A stretch of DNA of 64,000 nucleotides from assembly GCA_024233345.1 (NCBI GenBank), contig JACKPT010000011.1:71516-135515 (forward strand). The letters are read 5' to 3'. Below, in pieces: positions 26,775 through 36,429 of this stretch. The first letter of the stretch is position 1. Each line of letters opens with the position of its first letter. The stretch comes from Verrucomicrobiota bacterium. Its GTDB lineage: Bacteria > Verrucomicrobiota > Kiritimatiellia > CAIVKH01. The position numbers were made by a program, and so were the translations under genes. A model generated the notes under the pieces. It saw only the letters and a program-made list of their open reading frames with translations. It made no database searches and was not told the DNA's origin.

Positions 26775-28026
26775 GCTTTTCCCACCAGGTCACCGCATCA
26801 TCTCGCGCCTGATCAAAGCGCGCGCTGATCTTGAAGTAAATATAGGCGTCATGGAAGCAAGCGCGGTGTACCAGCTTCTTGACTGCGGACTCCTTGGGGG
26901 TGGCAAGCCGGTGTTGCATGGCCATGATCTGGGCGACATGTCGGGTGATGGCATTGGGCACTGAAACATGCTCATTCATCCGGGCCATGTGGCGGGCCAC
27001 ACAGGTTTCCGCTGCGGGATACGGCGGCATGCCATCGGCCATCGCCTGGGCAATCAGCGCCTCATGGTACTTGCCAAAGAGAAGTGCAATCATTAGCTCA
27101 CCGGATACCGGAACCTGGTGCGCATGCCAGCGATCAAACTGACGCATGATCCGCTCAAGCCATTGGTGTTGTGGAGAGTCCTTGACCGCCACATTGCCCA
27201 GCTCCGGAAACATATATCCGAACACCCCGGTTTCCAGAAGAAGCTCGAGAACCCGGTGGGCCCGACCGCATAAAAACAGTTTCTTGATTTCCTCAAACAT
27301 TCGCGCTGCGGATGCCTGCTGGATGCGGGAAGCATTGACCAGAATGGCCTCATACAAGTCCGGCTCGAGAGAAAAGTCCAGGAGGGCGGCAAACCGGATG
27401 GCCCGGATCATTCGTACCGGGTCTTCGGCAATTCGCTGGCCGGGCTCCCCAATACTGCGAACCACCTTGGACTCAATATCCTTCAAACCATGTACATAGT
27501 CGACTAGGGAAAAATCTCCGCTGTCGAGAAACAGGGCGTTGATGGTAAAATCACGGCGGATGGCATCCTGTTCCGGGGTGCCGTATTTATTATCCCGCAA
27601 CAACATTCCCTCATCGCTCTGCTTGATGAATTTTGACTGTCTTTCATCCTCCGCCTCGTTGGAACGAAACGTGGAGACCTCGAGCAACTGACCGTGCTCA
27701 TAGACATGGACCAGGCGGAAGCGCCTCCCGATCATCCGGCTATTCCGAAATATTCGCCGGACCTGTTCCGGGCGGGCATTGGTGGCAATGTCCACATCCT
27801 TGGGGTTCCGCCCGACCAGCAAGTCTCGTAGAGCGCCACCGGCGATGTAGGCTTTAAAGCCGGCGTCCCGAAGCTTTTCCATGGCGGTATGTACATGACG
27901 GGGAAGCTGCGAGCGCTGAATCGGGTGATCCCCCTCACGTAAAATTACCACAGCGCGATGCCCACTCCCTGGCGGTTGGCCCGCGGGAGGATCGGCCGAC
28001 TCGTGATTCGTTGACGGATTATCCAT
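26767..28026 (-). CDS. pcnB: poly(A) polymerase I
   Basis: 419 aa. AGGALRDLLVGRNPKDVDIATNARPEQVRRIFRNSRMIGRRFRLVHV closely parallels the E. coli PcnB head domain. Confidence 0.88.
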   Translation of the reverse strand: MDNPSTNHESADPPAGQPPGSGHRAVVILREGDHPIQRSQLPRHVHTAMEKLRDAGFKAYIAGGALRDLLVGRNPKDVDIATNARPEQVRRIFRNSRMIGRRFRLVHVYEHGQLLEVSTFRSNEAEDERQSKFIKQSDEGMLLRDNKYGTPEQDAIRRDFTINALFLDSGDFSLVDYVHGLKDIESKVVRSIGEPGQRIAEDPVRMIRAIRFAALLDFSLEPDLYEAILVNASRIQQASAARMFEEIKKLFLCGRAHRVLELLLETGVFGYMFPELGNVAVKDSPQHQWLERIMRQFDRWHAHQVPVSGELMIALLFGKYHEALIAQAMADGMPPYPAAETCVARHMARMNEHVSVPNAITRHVAQIMAMQHRLATPKESAVKKLVHRACFHDAYIYFKISARFDQARDDAVTWWEKHV

Positions 28027-28146
28027 AAATAGCTACAAAATGATCAAAAGGTTCGTCGGGCTCCGGCTTTCTGAGTTGCCAGTAACCATGCCCTGCCGAA
28101 TAATGACGAGAACTGAGGCATGAATCAACGGAATCCTTCATAACTG

Positions 28147-28914
28147 ATGCTGAATCTCTCCTATATGATCATCGGTGCCCCCAAATGCGGGACCGGGAGC
28201 CTCTATAAGTATGTCGTTCAACATCCTTTGGTGGAGGCCGCCAGCAGGCCTGATCTGCATTTTTTCGATGACCATTTCGACAAGGGATTGGCTTGGTATC
28301 GACAATTTTTCCCCTTGTTGAACCGCCCTCCGGAATCTCCTGCCCCCGTCGGCACAATCACTGGGGAGGTGACTTCTTTTTACCTGTTTCACCCCCTGGT
28401 CCCTGAACGGGTCAAGCAGGTCGCTCCCGGAGCCAGGTTCATTTTTCTGGTACGAAATCCCACTGATCGGGCCTATGTCCATTTCCGGGATGCCGTGGAT
28501 CGCGGGTTGGAGACCCTGTCCTTTTTTCAGGCGATCAAGATGGAGGCCAAGCGATTGGAGCGGGGCCGGTTCAATCTGCAGGACAACCCCTATGCGACCT
28601 GGGAGCGGGCCAAAGAACATTCCTATATTTCCCAGGGATTGTATGCCGAACAATTCCGCAGGTGGCTGGACTTTTTCCCCCGGGAGCAGTTTCTGATCCT
28701 TGACGCCCAGGCATTTTTCGATGCCCCAGTGGAGACGGTATCCGAGGTCTACCGGTTCCTCGAACTGCCCGAATTCACCCCCGCCTTCGTCGAACCGCCT
28801 CACGAAAATCCGTATGCCAAACTTACCGGCGAAACCCGGCTTCACATCGACAACTTCTTCTCCCGGTATAATGAGGACTTTTATCGCCTGGCGAAGAAAA
28901 ACTTTGGATGGTAG
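28147..28914 (+). CDS. PAPS-dependent sulfotransferase (Sulfotransfer_1-like)
   Basis: 255 aa. 5'-PSB loop IIGAPKCGTGSL and 3'-PB-like FLVRNPTDRAYVHF. Confidence 0.8.
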   Translation: MLNLSYMIIGAPKCGTGSLYKYVVQHPLVEAASRPDLHFFDDHFDKGLAWYRQFFPLLNRPPESPAPVGTITGEVTSFYLFHPLVPERVKQVAPGARFIFLVRNPTDRAYVHFRDAVDRGLETLSFFQAIKMEAKRLERGRFNLQDNPYATWERAKEHSYISQGLYAEQFRRWLDFFPREQFLILDAQAFFDAPVETVSEVYRFLELPEFTPAFVEPPHENPYAKLTGETRLHIDNFFSRYNEDFYRLAKKNFGW

Positions 28915-28926
28915 CCCCGGCCGGTC

Positions 28927-30234
28927 TCAGTGGCCCTGACCTTTTGCCAACCTTCCTGCGCGTTGTATCGCGTCCCGCCCATAGTGGGTCCGGACCGAAT
29001 CCACCGCCCGATCCAGCAAGGCTTCCTTTGGTGCTGGATCCCCGCCGGAAAACAGATCGAGCTGCTGGAGATCCTGTTGTGAGTCCACCAATCCGGAAAC
29101 CCCAAAGCCAATCAGGCGAATGGCCCGCTGATCGGAGGGCAGTCCCTGAAACAACTTCATGCCTTCCTGTATCAGAATACGATCGGTGCAAGTCGGATGG
29201 TCCAATCCAACCTGACGGGTGACGGTCTGAAAATCCCCATAGCGCAGTTTGATGTGAATGGTGCGACAAAAGAGCCCCGCCTTTCTCAACCGAAACCCGA
29301 CCTGCTCCATCAATCCCAGCAAGCAGCTTCTCAGTAAATCCGGATCGTGAAGATCTTCATCGAAGGTATTCTCGGCGGAAATGCTTTTGGTCTCCCGTTC
29401 CGTGGTCACCGGGCGGTCGTCCCGACCCGCGGCCAGTTCCCGCAGGTGTTCGGCCAGTACCGGCCCCAACCAGGCATTCAAATGGCGTTGATCACACCGT
29501 TGGAGATCCCCGATCGTCTCCAACCCATAGCCCCGCAACTTCTTCTCCATGGTCGATCCCACGCCCCACAATTTCCGGATCGGCAGGGGGGCTAAAAATG
29601 CCTGCACGGCATCGTCCGTGTGCGGACATTCCGTGAGCTTGTTCGGTTTCTGCAAATCACTGGCCAGCTTGGCCAGAAACTTGTTTCGCGCCACTCCCAC
29701 CGATGCGGTCAACCCGAGGTCACGATGGATGCGTTCCTGAATGGCCTCCCCGAGCCGTCGGGCAGTACCCCAGGCCTTGAGGGCTCCCGAAGCATCAAGG
29801 AAGGCCTCATCAATCGAGATCTGCTCGACCACCGGTGAGAAGGAGTCCAGCAGGCGCATGAATTGATGGGACACCTGCACATAACGGCTCATGCGGACCG
29901 GCAGGAAAATGGCCTGCGGACAAAGTTTGCCCGCAGTGCGGGATGGCATGGCGCTATGAATGCCAAATTTCCGCGCTTCATAGTTGGCGGTGGACACCAC
30001 GCCCCGCCGATCCGGCGGAGAGCCAATAACCACCGGTTTCCCTTTCAAGGATGGCTGATCCCGCTCCTCGATCGCAGCAAAAAAGGCATCCATATCAATA
30101 TGGAGGATTCGATTCACCCGGGCAAGATAGGCGATATTTTCCCGGTTGACCAGCCAGGGCGGAGGACAGCGCTCGATCAGCCTCGCACCGAATCCATTGA
30201 CTCCCCATCGGAAGCGATTCACTCTGTACGCCAT
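28927..30234 (-). CDS. dinB: DNA polymerase IV (Y-family)
   Basis: ILHIDMDAFFAAIEERDQPSLKGKPVVIG and the following Y-family blocks. The real start may be the GTG at 30117 (VNRILHIDMD), because the ATG at 30234 abuts the rlmM start. Confidence 0.88.
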   Translation of the reverse strand: MAYRVNRFRWGVNGFGARLIERCPPPWLVNRENIAYLARVNRILHIDMDAFFAAIEERDQPSLKGKPVVIGSPPDRRGVVSTANYEARKFGIHSAMPSRTAGKLCPQAIFLPVRMSRYVQVSHQFMRLLDSFSPVVEQISIDEAFLDASGALKAWGTARRLGEAIQERIHRDLGLTASVGVARNKFLAKLASDLQKPNKLTECPHTDDAVQAFLAPLPIRKLWGVGSTMEKKLRGYGLETIGDLQRCDQRHLNAWLGPVLAEHLRELAAGRDDRPVTTERETKSISAENTFDEDLHDPDLLRSCLLGLMEQVGFRLRKAGLFCRTIHIKLRYGDFQTVTRQVGLDHPTCTDRILIQEGMKLFQGLPSDQRAIRLIGFGVSGLVDSQQDLQQLDLFSGGDPAPKEALLDRAVDSVRTHYGRDAIQRAGRLAKGQGH

Positions 30235-31345
30235 GGCACATTCGGCATCGACAACCCGGTATCCCCGATGGGCTCCACCGTCGCAGTCCGATCAGGGGAA
30301 TCCCGCCCGAGCGGTGTTTCTGTGTCGCACAGAATTGGAAGGGGCCCTTGCGGAAGAAATCAGCCACACCCTGAACCCCGGTAAACCTCCGTCGATCACC
30401 GGGCAGGGGCTGGTGATCGCCCGGGACCTCCCCCCCTCCCCCTGGCCGGATTTGATTTTTGAACAGCAGCGAATACCCCATGCCGGTTGGATTCCGCATG
30501 AACAGCTTAAACCGATTTCCGATGATACCTTCTCCACCCTCTTTCCCCCCCACCGACCGAGCAACCCCTGGACCTTACATGTCCTATGCCCTTCGGGCAT
30601 TCAGGACCAACAGTGGTCGCGATCCGCGAAGGGGATCGGATCGGCGCTCTTGCGGCTGGCCAAGTCGATGGTTCCCGAAGCTGGCCCGGGCAGTTATCAT
30701 CAACCGGAGGGCGATCTACCACCAGGGACTCGAATTCTGCAAGTGCTACGGGTTCCCGAGGGAGCCTGGTTTGGCTGGGGAGACCCCTCCGTGGGTGTCC
30801 GCCCCTATCCAGGCGGAATCATTCGGTTGAAATTCGACTCCCGGGCGCCTTCCCGATCCTATTTGAAACTGGAAGAAGCGTTCCAGCGAATGGGCCGAGA
30901 ACCCACCACCGGGCAGTGGGTTGTCGATCTCGGTGCCGCCCCGGGAGGCTGGACCCATGCCTGTCTCAAACGCGGCGCGAGGGTTCAGGCCGTCGATCAT
31001 GGCCCCATGAAGATTGTTTCCGAGTTGCGACAGAACCTTCGCATTGTGAAAAGTAATGGAATTACCTACACCCCGGAAGCGCACCAGCTCCCGGTGGACT
31101 GGCTGGTTGCGGATATGTTGATTCCTCCGGGTACCGCCCTGGGTCTGATAAAACATTGGCTGGGAAACCACCGCTGCCGGCATGCGGTCATCAACATCAA
31201 ACTTCCTCAACAGAACCCCTATCAGGCCGTGCGTCCGATTGCATCCTGGCTGCAGGGGCAGGCCCGAGGGTATCAATGGTCGATGAAAAACCTCCACCAT
31301 GACCGGCGGGAAATCACCCTGATGGCTATCGAGACGTCAGGCTGA
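30233..31345 (+). CDS. rlmM: 23S rRNA (cytidine2498-2'-O)-methyltransferase
   Basis: The C-terminal VVDLGAAPGGWTHACLKRGARVQAVDHGPM...INIKLPQQNPY...LHHDRREITL parallels E. coli RlmM. Start is ATG 30233 or GTG 30314. The track start at 30146 is rejected. Confidence 0.8.
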   Translation: MAHSASTTRYPRWAPPSQSDQGNPARAVFLCRTELEGALAEEISHTLNPGKPPSITGQGLVIARDLPPSPWPDLIFEQQRIPHAGWIPHEQLKPISDDTFSTLFPPHRPSNPWTLHVLCPSGIQDQQWSRSAKGIGSALLRLAKSMVPEAGPGSYHQPEGDLPPGTRILQVLRVPEGAWFGWGDPSVGVRPYPGGIIRLKFDSRAPSRSYLKLEEAFQRMGREPTTGQWVVDLGAAPGGWTHACLKRGARVQAVDHGPMKIVSELRQNLRIVKSNGITYTPEAHQLPVDWLVADMLIPPGTALGLIKHWLGNHRCRHAVINIKLPQQNPYQAVRPIASWLQGQARGYQWSMKNLHHDRREITLMAIETSG

Positions 31346-31414
31346 CCAGGGGCTACCACCGGCGACAAACATCTTCATTGAGGTTGTCGCTGATTTCCGT
31401 ATGATCCCCGAGTC

Positions 31415-32386
31415 ATGAGCGACTCAGTGAATTCATCTGAAACCGGTACCCCATCGCCATCCATGACGGCCCGGATCGCCGAAACCGCACGTCTCCTCAA
31501 GGGAAAATTCAGTCCCGAGGGAATGGATCGCGCGGACAGCCTGCTGCAGGGATACCCCAACCCCTGCCGGGTGGTGCATGTTCTTCAACTGCTTCATAAC
31601 GTGATGTTTCCAGGTAAATGGGACCCCGAGACGGTTCCCTACAACCAGTTGGAGTCCTTTCTGGCGGAAAAACTCGAGCAGGTGAGGGATGCCTTGTTGC
31701 CCGAACTTCGCCGTGCCCTGCCATTCCGCTGGATGGGTCAGGCCTGGAAAACCGAGGGCTACGAAACACTCGACGCCGATGGCATCGCCGAAGAATCGGT
31801 CCGGGTACTCGATGCATTCCTGGCCCGGTTGCCGGTGGTACGTGATCTACTGATTGAGGATGTCAAAGCCGCCTATGATGGGGATCCTGCCGCCCTGAGC
31901 TATGCCGAGGTCAAATTGGCCTATCCCGGACTGGCCGCCATCACCTCCCATCGAATTGCCCATGAATTTTACACGCTGAATGTCCCCATCATTCCCCGGA
32001 TCATGAGTGAACGAACCCATGCCGAGACTGGGGTTGACATCAATCCGGGAGCCAGAATCGGTCACGGATTCTTTATCGACCATGCAACCGGTGTGGTGAT
32101 TGGCGAAACCACGGAGATCGGCAACCGAGTGAAAATCTATCAGGGCGTGACCCTGGGCGCTCGAAGCTTCCCGCTCGATGAAAATGGGAACCCGATCAAA
32201 CATATCAAGCGCCATCCAACGGTGGAGGATGAGGTGGTGATCTATGCCAATGCGACCATTCTTGGGGGCGATACGGTCATTGGACGGGGTTCCACGGTGG
32301 GAGGAAATGTGTTTCTGATGGAAAGTGTGCCGCCCAACAGCTTTGTCGCCGCCAAACACCCCGAACTGCGCATCCTCAAGCGCTGA
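31415..32386 (+). CDS. cysE: serine O-acetyltransferase (long form)
   Basis: 323 aa. SATase N-domain followed by hexapeptide repeats (GARIGHGFFIDHATGVVIGETTEIGNRVKIYQGVTLGA). Confidence 0.85.
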   Translation: MSDSVNSSETGTPSPSMTARIAETARLLKGKFSPEGMDRADSLLQGYPNPCRVVHVLQLLHNVMFPGKWDPETVPYNQLESFLAEKLEQVRDALLPELRRALPFRWMGQAWKTEGYETLDADGIAEESVRVLDAFLARLPVVRDLLIEDVKAAYDGDPAALSYAEVKLAYPGLAAITSHRIAHEFYTLNVPIIPRIMSERTHAETGVDINPGARIGHGFFIDHATGVVIGETTEIGNRVKIYQGVTLGARSFPLDENGNPIKHIKRHPTVEDEVVIYANATILGGDTVIGRGSTVGGNVFLMESVPPNSFVAAKHPELRILKR

Positions 32387-32455
32387 GTCCAATCGTCATC
32401 CCGGCACGCGCGAGACTTGTCGAACGCCGGTCACGGGGTTAGGGTATCCGCGTTT

Positions 32456-33544
32456 ATGAAGCTGATCGACAAATACATCCTCCGGTCTTTCCTGGCCCCC
32501 TTTGTGTATTGTTTGGCCGCCTTTCTGCTGGTGTTCATTGTGTTTGACCTCTTCGACAACCTGTCGGATTTCGTCAATGGGAATACCCCGATGCTTCGCG
32601 TTCTCCGCTACTATGTGACCCTGGTCCCCACCGTCCTGGTTTTTGTGACCCCGATCTCCCTGTTGCTGGGCATTCTCTACAGTCTTTCCTCCATGACCAA
32701 AAACAACGAGTTAACCGCGATGCGGGCCAGCGGTATCAGCCTCTACCGGTTGATGACACCCTTTCTGGTGGTCGGGTTTTTATCCAGCATCGTGGTCGCA
32801 GTGGTTCATGAAACGATCAGTCCCCAGGCCGCCTACTGGTGCGACCAATTTGTCAAGGAACAGCGAAACGACAATCCGGAATCCGTCCATATCGCCGACC
32901 CTTTTCTCATGGTCCGGGAACAGGATCACCGGACCTGGTTTGTCAGTCGTTTCAATACCCGTACCTACGAGATGGGGGGAGTCGAAGTCACAACCCTGCG
33001 GGAAGACAATACCACCGCCCGCAAATTGACGGCTCAAAAAGCATCATGGCTGGATCATCAGTGGATCTTTGAAGATGTCGTGGAACAGAAATTCGATACC
33101 TGGGGTAACCCGATGGGGCCCCCGCGATTTTCCCGGTATGTCGACCTGCCCGAACTGACGGAAGTACCTGCGGACTTCATGGTGTATGTGAAGAAACCCG
33201 AATTCATGTCCAGCCGGGAACTGTTGCTCTACCTGAATGCCAATCAGAATTTCCAGAAGGAAACCCTGGCCCGGTTCAAGGTCGACTTGCACTACCGGCT
33301 CGCACAACCCTGGACCTGCCTGGTGATTACCCTGCTCGGTATCCCGTTTGGCAACCACACCGGGCGGAAGGGGGCCTTGGCCGGGATCATGCTGTGTTTC
33401 GGTCTCTTTTTCGGGTATTATGCAGTGATGAACCTGATCCTGTATATTGGGAAAGAGGCCCTCATCCCCGCCTGGCTGGCCGCCTGGCTGCCCAACGCCC
33501 TGTTTCTCATCACCGGCTCGGTGATGCTCTCGCGCATGCGATAA
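32456..33544 (+). CDS. LptF/LptG-family LPS export permease
   Basis: Start at ATG 32456 (MKLIDKYILRSFLAPFVYCLAAFLLVFIVFDLF). YjgP/YjgQ architecture with a periplasmic insert. Confidence 0.8.
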   Translation: MKLIDKYILRSFLAPFVYCLAAFLLVFIVFDLFDNLSDFVNGNTPMLRVLRYYVTLVPTVLVFVTPISLLLGILYSLSSMTKNNELTAMRASGISLYRLMTPFLVVGFLSSIVVAVVHETISPQAAYWCDQFVKEQRNDNPESVHIADPFLMVREQDHRTWFVSRFNTRTYEMGGVEVTTLREDNTTARKLTAQKASWLDHQWIFEDVVEQKFDTWGNPMGPPRFSRYVDLPELTEVPADFMVYVKKPEFMSSRELLLYLNANQNFQKETLARFKVDLHYRLAQPWTCLVITLLGIPFGNHTGRKGALAGIMLCFGLFFGYYAVMNLILYIGKEALIPAWLAAWLPNALFLITGSVMLSRMR

Positions 33545-33586
33545 CCCGCCGGTTTGACTGGTTCCCAGGCCATGGTACAGTGACGT

Positions 33587-33958
33587 ATGACCGAGGAGCA
33601 AAATCAGGCTTCCCGCCCGATCCTTCTTAGCGTCGGTGGGAACGATTGCATTCCCCAACCGGCAACCTTTCGACTTTGCCCACTGGGTGCCCAGTTTTAC
33701 ACGGATCGGCCCCTGCGCGAATTTGATCTGATGACCATGACCATCCAGACTCCGGGGTCAGCCGAACCCGTCGAACACACCGGAGCCATCATACGGTGTG
33801 AGGACTCCGGCACTCGCGAAGGGCGATATCGTATCTGGATCAAGTTTCTTGATAACCCCCTGCAAACCTGTGACCAGATCGCGTGCGATGCCCATGACGA
33901 TCATACCCGCTGCTGTTTTTGTGAGCAGGAACCATCCCCGGAATTGCCCCCCGGCTGA
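33587..33958 (+). CDS. hypothetical protein with Cys/His-rich C-terminus
   Basis: 123-aa ORF in an otherwise empty gap. C-terminal CDQIACDAHDDHTRCCFCEQ. No family recognised. Confidence 0.4.
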   Translation: MTEEQNQASRPILLSVGGNDCIPQPATFRLCPLGAQFYTDRPLREFDLMTMTIQTPGSAEPVEHTGAIIRCEDSGTREGRYRIWIKFLDNPLQTCDQIACDAHDDHTRCCFCEQEPSPELPPG

Positions 33959-34003
33959 AATGCGGGATTCCCACGAACCTCGATTTCATGTTAGGAGTAC
34001 CCT

Positions 34004-34423
34004 ATGACTGATCTACCGGTTAACGATCTGTTGCAACACGCCATGGCGGCCCGTGAACGGGCCTACGCCCCCTACTCCCACTTTCTTGTCGGAGCGGCCA
34101 TCCATTGTGTCGGAGATGGCAAAATCTTCGCCGGGTGCAATGTGGAGAATGCGAGCTATGGCGGCACCATCTGCGCCGAGCGCTCCGCCATCGTCAGTAT
34201 GGTTTCCCAACGGGGATTCTGCCGGATCGATGGTGTGGTTGTGGTCACCAATGCGGAACCCGCCAGTTGTCCCTGCGGCTTGTGCCTTCAGGTACTGGCC
34301 GAATTCTGTTCACCATCCACACCGGTCTATCTGGCCAACCTCAACGGCATCCAGAAGCAACTCACCATGCAAGAACTGCTCCCCCACTCCTTCACCGAGG
34401 TGCCCGGACCCGCGGCATCATGA
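34004..34423 (+). CDS. cdd: cytidine deaminase
   Basis: 139 aa. CAERSAI and PCGLCLQVLAEF zinc-binding motifs. Confidence 0.9.
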   Translation: MTDLPVNDLLQHAMAARERAYAPYSHFLVGAAIHCVGDGKIFAGCNVENASYGGTICAERSAIVSMVSQRGFCRIDGVVVVTNAEPASCPCGLCLQVLAEFCSPSTPVYLANLNGIQKQLTMQELLPHSFTEVPGPAAS

Positions 34424-36352
34424 CCGCTCAGAGGAGCGCGCGGCCATCAGCGAACTCACCAATCGGCTGAACCGTGCCGGATCCTTGAGCGGGGATCCCT
34501 CCATGAGCAACGCTTGCCCCAGCAGCAAATCCGCATAGTCTTTCAGTTCGGGATTTTCCGCGTTCTCGCTGTGCAGGGACTGCATCACTGCCACTACCGG
34601 ATGATTCGGGTTGACCTCAAGGATCCGCTTGGATTCCGGAACCTCCTGCCCCATGGCCTTCATGACCCGCTCCATGGTTGCATTCATGCCGTGCTCATCG
34701 GCAACCAGGCAGCAGGGCGAATCCACCAGCCGGTGGCTGAACCGAACATCTTTAACTTCTCCGGAAAGCATGGTTTTCATCCAGTCCAGGAGCGGACTGG
34801 CCGGTTCCTTGTCTTCCTGCTTCTTCTCTTCGCTTTTCTCTTCCGCGGGGTCTTTATCCAGATCCAACTCACCGCGATCGATGTGCCGGATGGTCTTTTC
34901 GCCATAGGTCGTCACCGCCGAGCCAACCCACTCATCGATGGGATCGACCCAGAACAAAACCTCATAGTCATGTGTCTTGAAGACCTCCAGCAACGGGGAG
35001 GCTTTCGCGGCTTGGACCGAGTCAGCGGTCAGAACATAAATCTCCTTTTGTGCTGCCGGCATGCGGTCCACATAGTCCCGGAACGAGACCCAGTCATCGC
35101 CTTCGGTTCTGGTGCTCGGATAGAGCATGAGATCCAGCAATTTGTCCTTGTTTTCAATGTCCGCATGCAAGCCCTCTTTGAGCACCGGGCCAAAGGCCTT
35201 GAAGAATGCCCGATAGTCCTCCACATGCTTTTCCTTCATTTCGGAAAGGGTTTTCAGCACTTTGGCCACCAGGTTCTTGCGGATTTTCCGAATGATTGCG
35301 TCATCCTGAAGCATTTCCCGGGAAACGTTCAGGGGCAGATCACTGGAGTCCACCACCCCCTTGATAAACCGAAGGTACTCCGGCAGGAGGGCTTTGCAGT
35401 CGTCGGTGATGAAAACGTTCCGCACATACAAATGAATGCCATGATGCCCCTCCCGCATATAGAGGTCCATCGGCGCCTGCTTGGGAATGAACAGCAACGC
35501 CTTGAATTCAGTGACGCCTTCTCCCGCATAGTGAATGGTCTTGCCAGGCTCACCGAAGTCATGACTCACATGATGGTAAAATTCCTTGTACGCCTCTTCG
35601 GATACTTCGGAGGGTGATTTTTTCCAGATCGCCTTCCGGGAATTAATGATCTCCTCCTTGGGCGCCTCCCCTTCATCGGCGGAAGAATCGTCTTCTGTAT
35701 CCACGTCCGGCTTTGGCGTCTCGAGAACCACCGGATAGGCGATATAGTCAGAGTACTGTTTGACGATGGATCGAATGCGCCACCCGTCGAGATATTCATC
35801 CAGACCCTCGCGCAAGTGTAGAATGACATCGGTTCCCGCCTCGGCCCGGTCCGTTTCCTCCAGGGTGTAAGCATCCTCGCCATGGGAGGACCATTTCAGT
35901 GCGGGATCCAGACTGCCCAGTCGCCTGGTGATGACCTCCACTTTGTCTGCCACCATGAATGAAGCATAAAAGCCAACCCCGAACTGGCCGATCAGCTCCG
36001 GTTTGGACGCATTCTCCGGGTGGGCGGAAAGACTATCGAGAAATCGCTTGGTCCCCGAATTCGCGATCGTACCAATGTTGTCTTCAATTTCCTGACGGTT
36101 CATGCCCACCCCATTATCCGACACCACCAGGGTGCGCGCTTCCTTGTCGATGCGGATGCGAACTTTCCAGTCTTCCTCGGCTTTCTGGTGCTCCTTGTCG
36201 GTGAGGGATTCGAATCGGGCCCGGTCCAGGGCATCGGATGCGTTGGAGATTAACTCCCGCAAAAAGATTTCCTTCTTGGAGTACAGGGAGTGGATGACAA
36301 GATCAAGCAGCCGCCGTACTTCGGTTTTGAAGGCATGGGTTTCTGTCGTCAT
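34418..36352 (-). CDS. htpG: molecular chaperone HtpG (Hsp90)
   Basis: Start at ATG 36352 (MTTETHAFKTEVRRLLDLVIHSLYSKKEIFLRELISNASDALDRARF). Full-length Hsp90 pattern. Confidence 0.95.
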   Translation of the reverse strand: MTTETHAFKTEVRRLLDLVIHSLYSKKEIFLRELISNASDALDRARFESLTDKEHQKAEEDWKVRIRIDKEARTLVVSDNGVGMNRQEIEDNIGTIANSGTKRFLDSLSAHPENASKPELIGQFGVGFYASFMVADKVEVITRRLGSLDPALKWSSHGEDAYTLEETDRAEAGTDVILHLREGLDEYLDGWRIRSIVKQYSDYIAYPVVLETPKPDVDTEDDSSADEGEAPKEEIINSRKAIWKKSPSEVSEEAYKEFYHHVSHDFGEPGKTIHYAGEGVTEFKALLFIPKQAPMDLYMREGHHGIHLYVRNVFITDDCKALLPEYLRFIKGVVDSSDLPLNVSREMLQDDAIIRKIRKNLVAKVLKTLSEMKEKHVEDYRAFFKAFGPVLKEGLHADIENKDKLLDLMLYPSTRTEGDDWVSFRDYVDRMPAAQKEIYVLTADSVQAAKASPLLEVFKTHDYEVLFWVDPIDEWVGSAVTTYGEKTIRHIDRGELDLDKDPAEEKSEEKKQEDKEPASPLLDWMKTMLSGEVKDVRFSHRLVDSPCCLVADEHGMNATMERVMKAMGQEVPESKRILEVNPNHPVVAVMQSLHSENAENPELKDYADLLLGQALLMEGSPLKDPARFSRLVSSLMAARSSERS

Positions 36353-36429
36353 AGCATTGAATTCCTTTCTACATGATCGCATTTACACAGGGGTAGCCCC
36401 TTCCGGTCAGGCCAGGGCAATCGTTCCGT

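Noticed and set aside
30117-30314. Apparent head-to-head overlap of the dinB and rlmM start codons inside CCATGG (30232-30235)
   Set aside because: This is probably an artefact of taking the longest ORFs. A GTG at 30117 (VNRILHIDMD) for dinB and a GTG at 30314 (VFLCRTELEG, aligning with the E. coli RlmM N-terminus) would leave a normal divergent promoter region. It cannot be settled without transcript or proteomic data.
34514-35617. 367-aa plus-strand ORF
   Set aside because: It lies entirely within htpG on the opposite strand, and the htpG identity is unambiguous.
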